A stretch of DNA of 64,000 nt from Selaginella moellendorffii. Taxonomy: Eukaryota; Plantae; Lycopodiophyta. A program made the translations under genes and the position numbers. Position 1 is the stretch's first letter; each line of letters opens with the position of its first letter. Shown piece after piece: positions 1 to 12,512 of the stretch. A model generated the notes under the pieces. The model had not been told where the DNA came from, did not search any database, and saw only the letters and a list, made by a program, of their open reading frames with translations. The stretch is from positions 1,055,246-1,119,245 of the forward strand of contig NW_003314269.1 in NCBI RefSeq assembly GCF_000143415.4, given 5' to 3'.

Positions 1-3000
1 TCCATGTGATAATAAACAATGTGTTTACAAAGTTGTTTGGTCAAACGATAATCAACCCCAAAGTGGTTGATGGTGAAGTTAGTCTACTTACATGTAGTAA
101 CATTATAGTAACTTTGACTGAATTCTCAATGGTGGTTCATTATGCTAAGTTTAAAATGGTTCTTTAGTTCCTTGAGTTTGCCCATAAAGTGTTGAAAAGG
201 GTTATAGCATTCACTTACTATAGCTTGTTAGTTTATCCGTTAGCACTTGGAGTAGATTGTCAGATGAAGAAATTGTGTAGTTAAGGCATTGACATCGCTA
301 GCACTTGTGTTAGTGAAAGTGACATTGTTATTTCAAGTGATAAGGAATTTTCCTTAAATCTTGATTTTTTTATGTCATTTTCCTTGTTAGTGTTTTGGCT
401 TCACATTTTATTTTGAAGGTAATTGAAGAAGAGTGTTAGTGCAATGTGGATATCCGAAGATGTAGTCTTCGTGATCAAGCTTTAGATGTTCATTTTGCAT
501 TTTGCAGATGTCAATGTTAGATGTAAAAATATGAGCATGATGTTCGAGGCTTAAGCATACTATAGGTCATGAGAATTGGTGTTGAGGTGAATCTATATGC
601 AATTGTTGGTAGAAGGAAGTTGGTTGAGTCTTGAAAGTTTATATTCCTAGACTGAGAGTTATTATTTCTCTAGGATGGAAAATTTTCCACAAATTTTTTT
701 AGACTTTTCCAATGCCTGATATGTTGGTCACTTTGCTCAAAAACCATTTCGTTTTCGTAAGCTAGTACAAACTAGTGAAGGGGTTGGAGTTAACTTCAGT
801 TGGCGTAGACCTTAGTCAATAGTTTGTGTGATGCGACCCAAAAGGGATGCTAACTTTTGGGGCTAAGGCAATTAAATTGGATAAAGTCTAGAGTTGGTGA
901 AGAAAAGTGGCAATTGCGCTCTTTTCTAGATAGGTGACTCTTGTGCTTTTCTTTTAGCATTATATTTGGTGGCAAGCTGCATCTTGCATTTCATTAAACT
1001 CTACGAGAGTAGTAACCTCTCACTAATCTTGACTTGGTCTTGGTGGCTTTGAGCCTTAACTAAGGTTGGTGATGTCCAACTTAGTTGTTTGAGTTTAAGA
1101 TGTTAATACCCATATTATAACTTGTCTAAGTGGAGGTTGTGTACCGATATGAGTCCATCTCATGGTTTTCACTTTAGTTTCAACTAAATGTTAATCATAC
1201 ATAGCTAACCTCTTCAAGGCATGCTCAAAACTAGAGGCTAAATGCATTGGTGAGCTTGTCGTGGTTGAATTGGATTTGAGTGGTCATTTAGTTTATACTT
1301 GTCCATGAACCTTTATCTCGTACCTAGGGTATTACATTTATGTTGGCCAAATATATAACTCAATGGCATGAGTTTAGTTTTTGGGTCTTTGAAAGACAAG
1401 TTGAAAGAGTGATTGTTGGTTGCTTAACAACTAGTGATTGTTTGTAGACTTCATTGAGGACTATTTGACACTTGTTTCGCTCGATAATGATTTAGCAGTG
1501 ATGGGCTTGTTTTACTGGATGGTGTTGTGGAGGATCATATCGTTAGACTTATATGGGTTTTCCATATTGGCATATTGACTCAACCTCTGTCGATATTATT
1601 TGGTTGCATTTAGTCTGTGGTATTAGATTTCATTGAGTCTTGGACGTGGTGAATCACTTGTTGATGATGTGTTATCTGTAGTTGAGTATTGTTGATTGGT
1701 CTCGGATACTGATTAAAGTATCTTCAACTTTGGTTAGCTTGGTTGCTAAAGAGTTTTGAGTGGTGATTCACTTTTGCTTTCTATTAGCTTTGTTATGGTG
1801 TTGGTGGCATTGAAGTGATGCCTTGTTGTTAACATTGTTGATATTGAGATTTAAGTGGGATGAGATGTCTCTTCGTAATATTGATATTAAGTTTCATTAG
1901 TCTCAATGAAGATAGTGTTGATGATTTGGCTATAGCTTTGTGTTGTTGGCATTTATGCATTTGCTAGTTAACAACTGTATTGATATTTAAACGAGTTGAG
2001 TGGTAAGTTGAGTTAGTTGTGTTCTAAACGAGATTGTTTAGTCAAGGTTGAGTTCTGAGCTTTTCCTTGAAAAGTGATTCAATCGTGGACTATACTAATT
2101 TTACGAAAGGAAGAGTTAGTGATTGATATTGGAATGTTTGAATCTTTATTGGATTTAAGTTAGAATATATTGATCATTGATAATTCTTTTTATACTTGTT
2201 ATGAAGTGAGTTGCGTCTTGCTATAAATGGATTCATAAAGGATTGTTTAGTGATCACTTGTTGAGCATAGCTTCATTATGCTTAGCTTTTAGATTGATGC
2301 AGACATGCTCTTCATTAGCTTTGGCATTATGAAGTTTAATTTATGGATGTGTTGAGAAGGATATTGTGGGTTATACCATGATTTCTTCTTTAGCATTGAA
2401 GTTAGTTCATGCAAAACTTGTGATCATTGTTAAGCAAGACTTGGCTATAAACTCCTTCGAGTTTTTGGTTCTTTGAGTTTTTATGCTTATTGTTCCATTT
2501 GTTAAAAATTGTTGGAGGAAGGCATTTTGACTCATTAGCTTCGATGAAGTTAGTATTTGCATCTAGCAATCATTGTGATGGTTGACTATCATCTAGGATA
2601 ATTGATTATCCTTATTAGAGGTTTTGCTTGATTGTTGTTAATATAGAATGATTTGCCATTCTTCGGAATGGTGAATTTGTTCTTTGACAATGATTCTACA
2701 TATCTCTTTTTGATGGGATAATTGATGATCTTTCATAATACTTGTTCTCTTTGATGACTTTTGGCTTTTTGCAATACCACATGTTCTTTGTGGTTTGCTT
2801 TAGATTGGTCTCTTGGGTTTGAGATATCAGTAGAATGTTGCTAACACTTAAGAAACTTGAGTTCCTTCATATTATTGACCAGGATCTATTCAGATTAGCT
2901 GATGTGATAGTTGGCATGAATGAGTGTTTGTTGGTTTTACCACATTCATTTTGTTATATTAATTATTGCTCGAGTTAGTTTTGATAGATTAGAATGTTAT

Positions 3001-3390
3001 TTCCTTAGGGTAATACATTCGCAAACATTTTGTTTGCCAATCAATGATACTTTGTGTTCTTTAAGCTATCTTTAGTAAGTTGTTTGGCATACTATCTGCC
3101 ATCTTTAGTAGTTAAATTTCATTATTGAGTTTCCTTGATGATATCCTTGCTATTAAATTTTTATTGAATGGTGATTCCTATGTTTACTAATTATAATGAT
3201 CTTGATGGTTCCTATACTATAATACTAGTTTATCAGATGATAACTTATTTGGAATACTTTCTTATTCTAATCTAAGATATATTCACTGATAATTAAGACT
3301 CTAAGATATCATTGTCTATGACTTTGATATTGTCCATCTATTAAGTTTTGGCCAATATAGGTAGATTGGCTTCGGCATTTCGTGTGCATG
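1..3390 (-). pseudogene. Long degenerate antisense ORF of the retroelement (Cys- and N-glycosylation-sequon-containing, unknown function)
   Basis: Manual minus-strand translation gives long stretches in one frame whose stops sit at Gln/Trp/Arg-type positions, e.g. DICKMQNEHLKLDHEDYIFGYPHCTNTLL and NNNVTFTNTSAS...YYNVTTCK*TNFTINHFG. The upstream limit is approximate. Confidence 0.5.
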
Positions 3391-3457
3391 GTGAAATCTC
3401 TAATCATAAGGTAGCTATTGTCGACTGGTCACATCACCCGCCTCTTTATCAATGTTC

Positions 3458-3608
3458 TTTATTCCGTTAAAAAGGGTGTGACCATGTAAACAACTCTAAC
3501 TGTCTATTTATTCCGTTAAAAAGGGCGTGACCATGTAAACAACTCTAACTGTCTATTTATTCCGTTAAAAAGGGCGTGACCATGTAAACAACTCTAACTG
3601 TTTATTTA
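3458..3608 (+). repeat. 49-bp tandem repeat x3
   Basis: Unit TTTATTCCGTTAAAAAGGGCGTGACCATGTAAACAACTCTAACTGTCTA at 3458, 3507 and 3556; copies differ by 1-2 substitutions. Confidence 0.95.
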
Positions 3609-3971
3609 CAGTAGTCTATTTAAACCTTACCGACGGGTTTGGTTTCTTTGCTCATGAGGGTTGAAGCCTTTGGCTTCTCTCTCTATGCCACATTCGGGCA
3701 GTGGCATATCACACTTTTGTAAGCTGAGTGACACCTAGAGCAGCAAGGGTGGCTAACTCTGTTGGTCATTTCCTTGTCGGTGATGGCCGGAAGGTGTCTG
3801 AGTTGGTAGCGCATCCGCGTTAGACAAGGAGGTTACCCTAACTCGTTTAAGTTGGTGCATTTCTCACATAATGTGATTACTTTAAATTTTTTCTGGAGTT
3901 GTTTCCTTAGCAGTGATCTAGATTGAAGTATGCATCGACAAGAATGTCAATCTTCCCTAAGGGGGGGAAAG

Positions 3972-4302
3972 TGTCGCGAATGTGACTTTGGGTATCGAAA
4001 GTTACCTGTCAGTTAATATTTTTGGATATTCTTTCCTTACTGCCACGACAGCAGAAGGTTAGTATTGCTGGACCCGTTATCAGTTCCCAGTTGAGAAACT
4101 AGTCAATGAACATGCACTTAAATTGGATAAATATAAAGTAGGAACCCTATATATTTTTTGCTGAGCATACTTAGCCTAGTTTGAGAAATTTGTGTCATTG
4201 GCTTGCACTTGCTAATATCAAGAACCCCCACAATATTGAGATTGGTCCTTCAATATTTGCTAAATGATAGTTTAGTGTGTCTGCCAAACACCCTCGCTAT
4301 CA
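3972..4302 (+). mobile_element. Probable 3' LTR of the left gypsy element (right end uncertain)
   Basis: Starts with TG directly after the PPT. Candidate end CTCGCTATCA at 4302. Confidence 0.4.
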
Positions 4303-4311
4303 TATCCTTTG

Positions 4312-5092
4312 TGTTAGTCTCAATTCAGTCCCAAATGCTATTTATGGAAAGTGTTCAAATTTGTTTATTTGGCATATCTACAGAATGTAGAGATTGTCTT
4401 GAACACAATGGTTTTTGTTCTGTATCCAAATTCACAATCTAAGGACATTCCATATTTAGTAAGTTTCGAGTTTGTCCTAGAGACTAACTCTTGATACTAA
4501 GGGGTGAAAGCCCAAAGCATGTGTTCCTAAGGGTGGGGGTGGGGGTGGGGGGATGTGGGGGGTTCCAAATATATAATAAGGATAGTGGGTAGGTTGGGCA
4601 TGGTTGACCATCCTGAGGCATAGTTTAGCTCTTGTTTGCGTGTTTGTCTTTGTTTTGCATCTGACTTGGGTTTAAACCCAAGTTCCATTCCATGCTAGCT
4701 GGTGGAATACCCATGTCCTCACGTTAGGCCATCGGTATGTTAAAATAGTGCTACACTCCATTTGGCTCCGTTTTGCGTGCTAGTCTTAGTATTGGGATGT
4801 TGGTTGCTCTAGGACTGTTCTAAGTTGCTCCATACTCCTGTCCCTTCGCTCCTTGGGCTATACATTCGGGAGTTGCTCCGTGCTCCAATGCCATTGCTCT
4901 TTGGCTCCATGCTTTAGGAGTTTGGCACTGTTCCTTCATTCAATGGCCTAAGGCCCTGAAACTTGGGTTCCACACCACTATCCTTTGGGCACGTGGCATA
5001 TGACATATGGCACATGGAGGGTTAGGTTCCGCTTCATAGTTATCCTATAGTAAATCGCCATAAGATAAAGGGTAAAAACCATGTGTGCTACA
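4312..5092 (+). mobile_element. LTR, family B (solo or fragment)
   Basis: TGTTAG...GCTACA termini. 4560-5092 aligns with 60562-61086. Carries the GGGTGAAAGCCC/G-run core seen in the other LTRs. Start is uncertain. Confidence 0.65.
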
Positions 5093-8000
5093 CCTTGCAT
5101 TTGCATCAATAGGTGCTAACATTGACACTTTAAGGGGTAATAGTCTTTATTACTTTAGAATTCATGGGCAAATTTACCATAGTGTCATATCATCACATTT
5201 TTTTGGTGATCAAAGGCTATCTTACAGGAAATTTTATATGCTAGATACACAAGAAACCACAAATATAAGGCATCAAGACCAATTTAATACAAGTTGCAAG
5301 TGAGAATTACTATTACATCTTGATACACTCTTTCGTCATATTAATCTATATGCACAAGCTTATAGAATGATGTATGAAATAGAACAAAAAGAACTTCTTG
5401 AAGTAACAATTACAGGCCATCCTTTACGTGGTGTTTATATGTTACTAAAGAATGAAGGAACCGATAATTGACATTATAATATACCATAAATAAATAATGT
5501 TGTTGTTGTTTTTGTTAGTGAGAATAGAGAATCCCCACGTAGACATGAAATTTGTATATATCCTATGGTAAATCATTCTAGAAAGATTTCAACACTTGAT
5601 GTTACTTATCATCCTATGGTTTATCCTTTAATATTTCTTTTTGGTAATAAAGGATGGCATGCAAATATTTTGAATACATGATGATATCAAATTACATTAC
5701 TTCTATATTATACATATCGCTTATCTAAAAGAGACACACTATAATTAGGTTTCAACCAAATCTTATATTTTGGCAAGCTTACTCAACAATACATTATTGA
5801 TGCATATATCAAAGTTGAGAGTAATAACCTATATTATTATCGTACCCACCAAAAATAATTATGAGTATAAATGTATACTAGTCTTATGGATTATGTTGCA
5901 AATCATACTTCAAATGAAAATATGAACCACGGTAAAATTGTTATACTACCATCAACTTTTGGTGGTGGACTTAGAACAATGCAACAAAATTATCAAGATG
6001 TAATGGCAATTATTGCTCATTACTCAAAACCAAATATTTTCATTAGTTTCACTTGAAACTTTAAATGGCTAAAAGCTATAAAAAATTTACATCCAAATAA
6101 AGGTCTTAAAGACTGTCCTAATTTGGTCTTTAGAGTTTTCCATATTAAACTTAAAGAATTTTTGAAAGATATGACAAAAGACATGTATTTGAAAAATGTA
6201 TAGCATATATATACGTAATTGAGTTCCAAAAAAGAGGTCTCCCACATTGTTATTTTCTAAAAATTTTAGCCTATGAAAATAAAATTAAAGACCATGATGT
6301 AATTAATCAAATATATCATGGCTAACTTACCAAATCCTCGTGATGAGCCTAAACTCTTTCAAATAGTTATATTGTATATGATGTATGGACCGTATGGACT
6401 TTTTTATCCTAATAATCCTTGCATGGAAAATGGTTCTTGCTCGAAAGGTTTTCCAAAAAAATTTAATTATGAAACAACATTTTCAATTAATGTATATCTA
6501 GATTATTATGGACTAAACAACAAACATACAATTTTTAAAAATGGTTATCATATGGATAACTGTTGGGTTGTACCTTATAACAAGTACCTCTGAAAACAAT
6601 ATAAAGCTCATATAAATATTGAAATATGTGTAATTATAAATAGCATTAAATATTTACTATTGAAATCCATTCAGCAACTCAACAACATAATAATTGTTTA
6701 AATTGGGATGAAATTTCAAGTTTTTTAAATACTTGTTATATTTCTACTCCAAAAGCTATATGGATTGAAAATTTTCTAAATGAACAAGAAGACAGATTAT
6801 AGGTGTTAAATGGCTATGCATTTTAAATTGGAAAAGTCCATCAAAGGTAATGAGTAAATTAAACATCAAAAAGCTACTCAAAATAGTACTATATTAACAA
6901 AATAGTTTGAATTAAATAGATATGATTCAAATGTAAGGTACTATATGTATCTTGAAATTCCTTTACATTATATATATAATAAACACACTCACCAATGGCA
7001 GATTAAACATCAATGAAATATTATCTCACGAATGTATTTTTTTCCCCATTTAATACTGAACTTTATCATTTATGCTTTATAAAAGAGGAGTTACTTCTTT
7101 TAATGATTTAAAAACAGTTCATAATATTTATTTTGAAACATTTTAACTTACTGCATTTGCTATGAGACTTCTAGCAGATGATATAGAATGGGAAAAATAT
7201 TTAGAAGATACTTGCTCTTTTAAAATGCCACTAGAATTAAGACAATTATTTTTTTTTATATGTCTTTTGTAGTCCAAAAATCTTTATAATTTATGGGAAA
7301 AATTCAAAAACTCTTTTCTTGAAGATTTTATATTAATAGATCCATTACTTTGTTATGAGCGTCCTTTATATGATATAAATAGGAAATTCAATCTATATAG
7401 AAAATCCAATCAAGATTATGAATTGCCTTTATCTTATACAAATTTTGATATAAATAATCATATTAATTTGACACAATTTATTCATTCTGTAAAACAAAAT
7501 TTACTTTGGTTTAATGATGAACAACATATTATATATAATGATATCCTCAATACAATTAACAACCCAACCGAGAAAAATTGATATATTTTCATCGATGGTG
7601 CTAGTGATATTGGTAAAACTTTTTTACTTAACACTCTTATACATACATTTCAACTTCTAAAAAAAAATGTAATTATTATAGCCTGAACAAGTATTACAAG
7701 CACTTTACTGCATAATAGTCAAACATCATATATAACTTTTAAACTTCATGTTCTAATAAATTAAACTTCTACTTTTATTATTATAGCTAATAGTGAAGTA
7801 GGCCAGAAAATAAAAAATGCATATGTGTCAATATGGGATAAAATTAATATGGTTCGCACATATGCATTTTCTGCCATTAATTTAGCATTACAAAATATTT
7901 TAAAAATGAATTAGCTTTTGGAGGAATTGTTATTATTGCAAGTGGTGACTTTAGACAAACACTACCAGTTATTCCACATGGTCATCAAGCATAAATTATT

Positions 8001-8961
8001 TCAAATTCAGTAAAAATGAATAAGTTATAGAAATTTTTTAGAATACTTCCACTAAAAAGAAATATGAGACTAATTGAAAACAATTCTTTATGGGCTGATT
8101 GGCTTCTTCAAATTGAAAATGGTAATAATTATGTAGAATCTATTGTATTACCTTACATACAAGTAATAATGTCCTTTGTTGTTGATTTTGTTTTCCCATC
8201 TTTACAAGATATTTCAGACCCTTATATTGCATCTAATAGAGTCATACTTACCCCACTTAATGATAATAATTTTTCTATTAATAATGCTATAATCTCTTCC
8301 TTACCTGGGGATATACATATTTATAAAAGTGTTGACTTTATTGATACTGAACACCTAAAAGATTTTCCAGTTGAATTCCTAAATTTTATTACTTCTTTTG
8401 GTCTTCCACCACATAAACTCTTTCTTAAAAAAGGTATTATCTTTATTCTATTAAGGAATATATGTCCATCGACTGGACTATATAGTGGTACATGTCTCAT
8501 ACTTAAACATGCCTTACCAACAGTTCTAGATTGTGAAATTGTATTAGGTGAAATTTCATCCCTCGAATCACACTCACACCTTCAAACACAGAAATTCCAT
8601 TTAAAATGTTCAGAAGACAATTTCCAATGTGTTTAGGGTATTGCGTTACAATCTCTAAATGTCATAGCCAAACATCAGAATACACTTGCCACATCTAGTT
8701 TTCACCCATGGCCAACTTTATGTGGCTTTATCAAGATGCAGATCACCAGTAAGATTAGGCATTAAAGTATAAAACACATCACTCCAAGGACAGTTATTCC
8801 CTTTGAGTCCTTCTGCTTTCACTATCAACACAGTATATAAGGAAGTTTTATATTAAATCCTCCATGCATTGTTTGTAGCACTAAAACAAATTCTTGATAT
8901 AAGTCTAATGAACAAATAAAACAACCTGCTAATAAGACAATATATGCTGGGCAAGTGCTAA
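5093..8961 (+). mobile_element. Helitron relic (RepHel pseudogene: Rep/HUH endonuclease + PIF1 helicase)
   Basis: LAFASIGA...FRIHGQIYH; ILPSTFGGGLRTMQQNYQD; IEFQKRGLPH (~6218-6248); VVPYN; degenerate Walker A IDGASDIGKTF (~7591); GDFRQTLPVIP; GLPPHKL..LLRN; C-terminus INTVYKEVLY*. Decayed 3' end GCTGGGCAAGTGCTAA at ~8961. Many stops and frameshifts. Confidence 0.92.
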
Positions 8962-11900
8962 TATATACATGAAGAGACACGCCTCTACCCTACATCTGGA
9001 TCAGTGAAGTGGCATTACTGCCACTTAGGATCATGTCATAGAGAGCATATACTCAATACTCCCTCTTGATTTTGATGACATAATGGTTGCCTCTCAGGAT
9101 CTCCCTCTTAGGAAACACTTGTCTAAACACATTATGTGGATCTCATTATTAGAATGCCATGGTTGATGAAGGTGGATCTAAATATAAAGTGGAATATTAA
9201 ACATATCTCACTAGAGTACAGTGGTGTTAAAGATGTGTGGTTTGGAAAAGGAGTTTAACCTCCAGTTGTTATGCTCTCTACTACATCTTTGAAGCAGGCT
9301 TTTCATAATGGAAAAACATTTTTGAGTTACTTGCTATTTGTTTGTGACTTTGGGGACCAAGGCACATGTGGGGGAGAAGTAGCAATATGGGATATATTCG
9401 ACGAGTTTTCTGATGTTTTTTCATCTAAACTTCCTTATGAGTTACCTCCATTACGAGGTGTGAAGCATGGGATTACATTGGAGTCGAGGACATGGCCAAT
9501 TTACCAACATCCATTTCGGTTAAATTATGCGGAGGAGCAAGAAGTTCAACAACAAGTCAAAGAGTTACTTAAGTTTAGATTTATTCAGCCAAGTAAGTCT
9601 CTGTTTGGTACTCCGGTCTTGCTTATGAAGAAGAAAAACAATTCAATGTAGATATGTATTGATTACCATGCTTTGAACAAGAAGACAATGAAAGATAAGG
9701 TGCCGATACCATATATGGATAATATTTTAAACAAGCTTAGTGAAGCACGAGTGTTTACCAAGATTGATCTGAGGAGTGGATATCATCAAATTGCAATGGA
9801 TGATGCATCTATTTTCAAAATGGTATTCAACACAAGCTTCAAGCATTTTGAGTTTACAGTTATGTTGTTTGGTTTAACGAATGCACCAACCACATTTACT
9901 TGGTTGATGACAAAGGTATTTGGGCATTATGAGTTTATGGATATTTTTTTGAACAATATTCTTATTTTTAGCAAGAATATGGAAGAGCACAAGGTGTATT
10001 TGCACAAGGTTTTTTTGTTACTCTGTGATAACAAACTTTATGCAAAGAAGAGCAAATGTGAATTTGCAAAGTCGAAGGTGGAATATCTAGGTCGTCTTGT
10101 GACATCTAAGGATGTCAAGATGGATCCAAGGAAGGTGGCTGTGGTGGAAAATTGACCTACACCAACTTCAATAGCCGAGTTACGCAACTTTTGTGGTATG
10201 GCTAGTTACTACCGACGTTTCCATCATAAGTTTGTAGAGGTGGTTATTTCTTTGACACAATTGTTACACAAGAACGTGCCATTTGAGTGAAAGAAGCCAC
10301 AAGAGGAAAGTTTTATGGCGCTGAAATGATTGTTGAGCAAGGCTCCAGTGCTTCACATTGCTGATCCATTGAAACCTTATGAGGTGACATGCGATGTGAG
10401 TGTTTATGCACTATGAGGAGTTTTCATGTAAGAAGGATAGCCTATTGTATGAGAGTTGAACTTGAATCCCATGGAGCAACACTATTCCACATATGCTCTC
10501 TATTGTTCATGCTTTGTGGACGTGGCAGCATTATCTTTATGGTGCAGTGTTCGTGGTGTTGACAGATCACAAACCACTTGTGTATCTTTTCACACAGAAG
10601 AAATTGAACACTAGGCAAGCTCGTTAGATGGTCAAACTCATAAATTTTGGGGAGTTTTCTATTGAGTATCGTCTGGGAAAATTAAATGTGGTGGTGGATG
10701 CCTTATTTCATGTTCATTATGTGACGGTGTTATAAACACGGTTTTGTCATCATTTGAGTAAAGTGGTCAACAAGTTTGGGTAGTTGGTTGAGCATGCTCA
10801 AGCTTAGGATGCTGAGGTGGCCTTTTTGTGAGACCAGATAGAAGCCCCTTTCTAATTGGTGGATGGGATTCTCTATTACAATGGCTGTGTATATTTGCCA
10901 TGAGTGGATGCGTTAATTACTCAAGTTTTATTCCACTATCATAATCGTCCGAAGGCCAGTCATTTTGGGGGAAGATGATATATGAGTTGATTAAACACAA
11001 TTTTTATTAAAGGAATATGAAAGTTGATATCCTTGGGTTTTGTAAATCATATGAGCTTTGTGTAAGCGACTAAATTTTCCATTCTACTTTAGTCACTTAA
11101 CCACACCTCCGACCATTTGGAGGAGTCTCAATCACAACCTCCCTAAGTCCATTTTAGGACTTGGGACTTGCTAGCCCCGAGAATGGCATCCATGCCACTC
11201 AACATTTGCACTTGGTCCAAGTGCTCCACGTGTCCGATCCCATGACCGACACTCAAAAGTACCACCGACATGGCAGCCTGTTACGCTAAGGCCATGCCCA
11301 ATCACCTTTGCCACACTGGTAGTCCAATACCACTTGTATCATAGTCTTGGCTCTCCAAGACTAGGCAAACCATCCATGAGTGGTCATCTCAGATCCACTC
11401 CTTAGCATCCTTAGGATGCCCACCGACAAGGGGAATAACCTTCCCCAATATCCCTTTGTCAGTCCCCACTAAGTCCCTTTTTGCCCCTGGCCATGTTTGC
11501 CAACACTGCCACTGGATCAAGGCCCACAGGCCCGACCACTAAGTCCCACGGTCCTCTAGGACTTCCTCACCACACGACTGTGTCCTTGATCACTAACCCC
11601 AGAGGACTGCTCCTCTTCCTTTCCATAGTCTAGGCCTTTGGAACAACATTTCAGAACACCGTGGCTTTACGCGAGCCACCTGGGTACTCTCCCCGCCTTC
11701 CGCCCTTGGGTGCTCTAGCCATGGGCTTAGAGCGAGGTTCCGTTGAGCCACGCCTGGTATCCAAGTAGGTAGTGCCACCCACACTTGGACTGGGAGCATC
11801 GGCCAGTCGATCTCCCGGGGGAACTAGAGCTAACTCTTGAACACTTCACCAAGCTACCCAGCTTGTTGGTCCATGTTCACTCTAGTCTTGGACTTCCCAG

Positions 11901-12110
11901 TGGTCAACTCATCACCCAACACTGGGTCTGGCCTTCCTAGGCCAAACTAGCCTTTCCTGGCCAAACTGGCTCCACTGGGCTCCAACCCCCACACTCTCCC
12001 TACTATACTTTTGGAACCCCCCGCAGCCCCCCCCCCCCCCCCCCCCCCTTGGGGGACGATCGCTTTGGGCTTTCACCCAACTGCCTGTATTAGTATTCAG
12101 ACTCGCACTC

Positions 12111-12210
12111 NNNNNNNNNNNNNNNNNNNNNNNNNNNNNNNNNNNNNNNNNNNNNNNNNNNNNNNNNNNNNNNNNNNNNNNNNNNNNNNNNNNNNNNNNN
12201 NNNNNNNNNN
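12111..12210. other. Assembly gap (100 N)
   Basis: Run of N next to the tandem array; true length unknown. Confidence 0.99.
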
Positions 12211-12512
12211 GTCCATCTCGGACTCCATCTCGGGTCCATCTCGGACTCCATCTCGGACTCCATCTCAGACTCCATCTCGGGTCCATCTCGGACTCCATCT
12301 CGGCCTCCATCTCGGGTCCATCTCAGACTCCATCTCGGGTCCATCTCGGGTCCATCTCGGACTCCATCTCGGGTCCATCTCGGTCTCCATCTCGGGTCCA
12401 TCTCGGACTCCATCTCGGACTCCATATCGGACTCCACTTCGAGTCCATCTCGGACTCCACTTCGGGTCCATCTTGGACTCCAACTCGGGTCCGCCTCGGA
12501 CTCCATCTCGGA
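12211..12512. repeat. 11/12-bp minisatellite (CCATCTCGGACT / CCATCTCGGGT) inside the solo LTR
   Basis: About 25 visible units mixing 11- and 12-mers. Source of the spurious repetitive ORFs. Confidence 0.95.

Larger units (their letters stand above)
1..3971 (+). mobile_element. Decayed Ty3/gypsy LTR retrotransposon, 3' internal region (antisense extra ORF, tandem repeats, polypurine tract)
   Basis: AT-rich and stop-riddled. Ends in the PPT-like AAGGGGGGGAAAG (3959-3971) followed directly by TGTCGCGA. Bases 1-~1843 align by eye with ~62184-64000, which lies downstream of a + strand integrase relic. Confidence 0.65.

Noticed and set aside
820-870. DIRS-type RT motif (QKLASLLGRI) on the minus strand
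   Set aside because: Occurs in a short off-frame segment with no other RT, RNaseH or recombinase motifs.
3458-3608. CRISPR-like array
   Set aside because: Units are contiguous with no unique spacers, there are no cas genes, and the context is eukaryotic.
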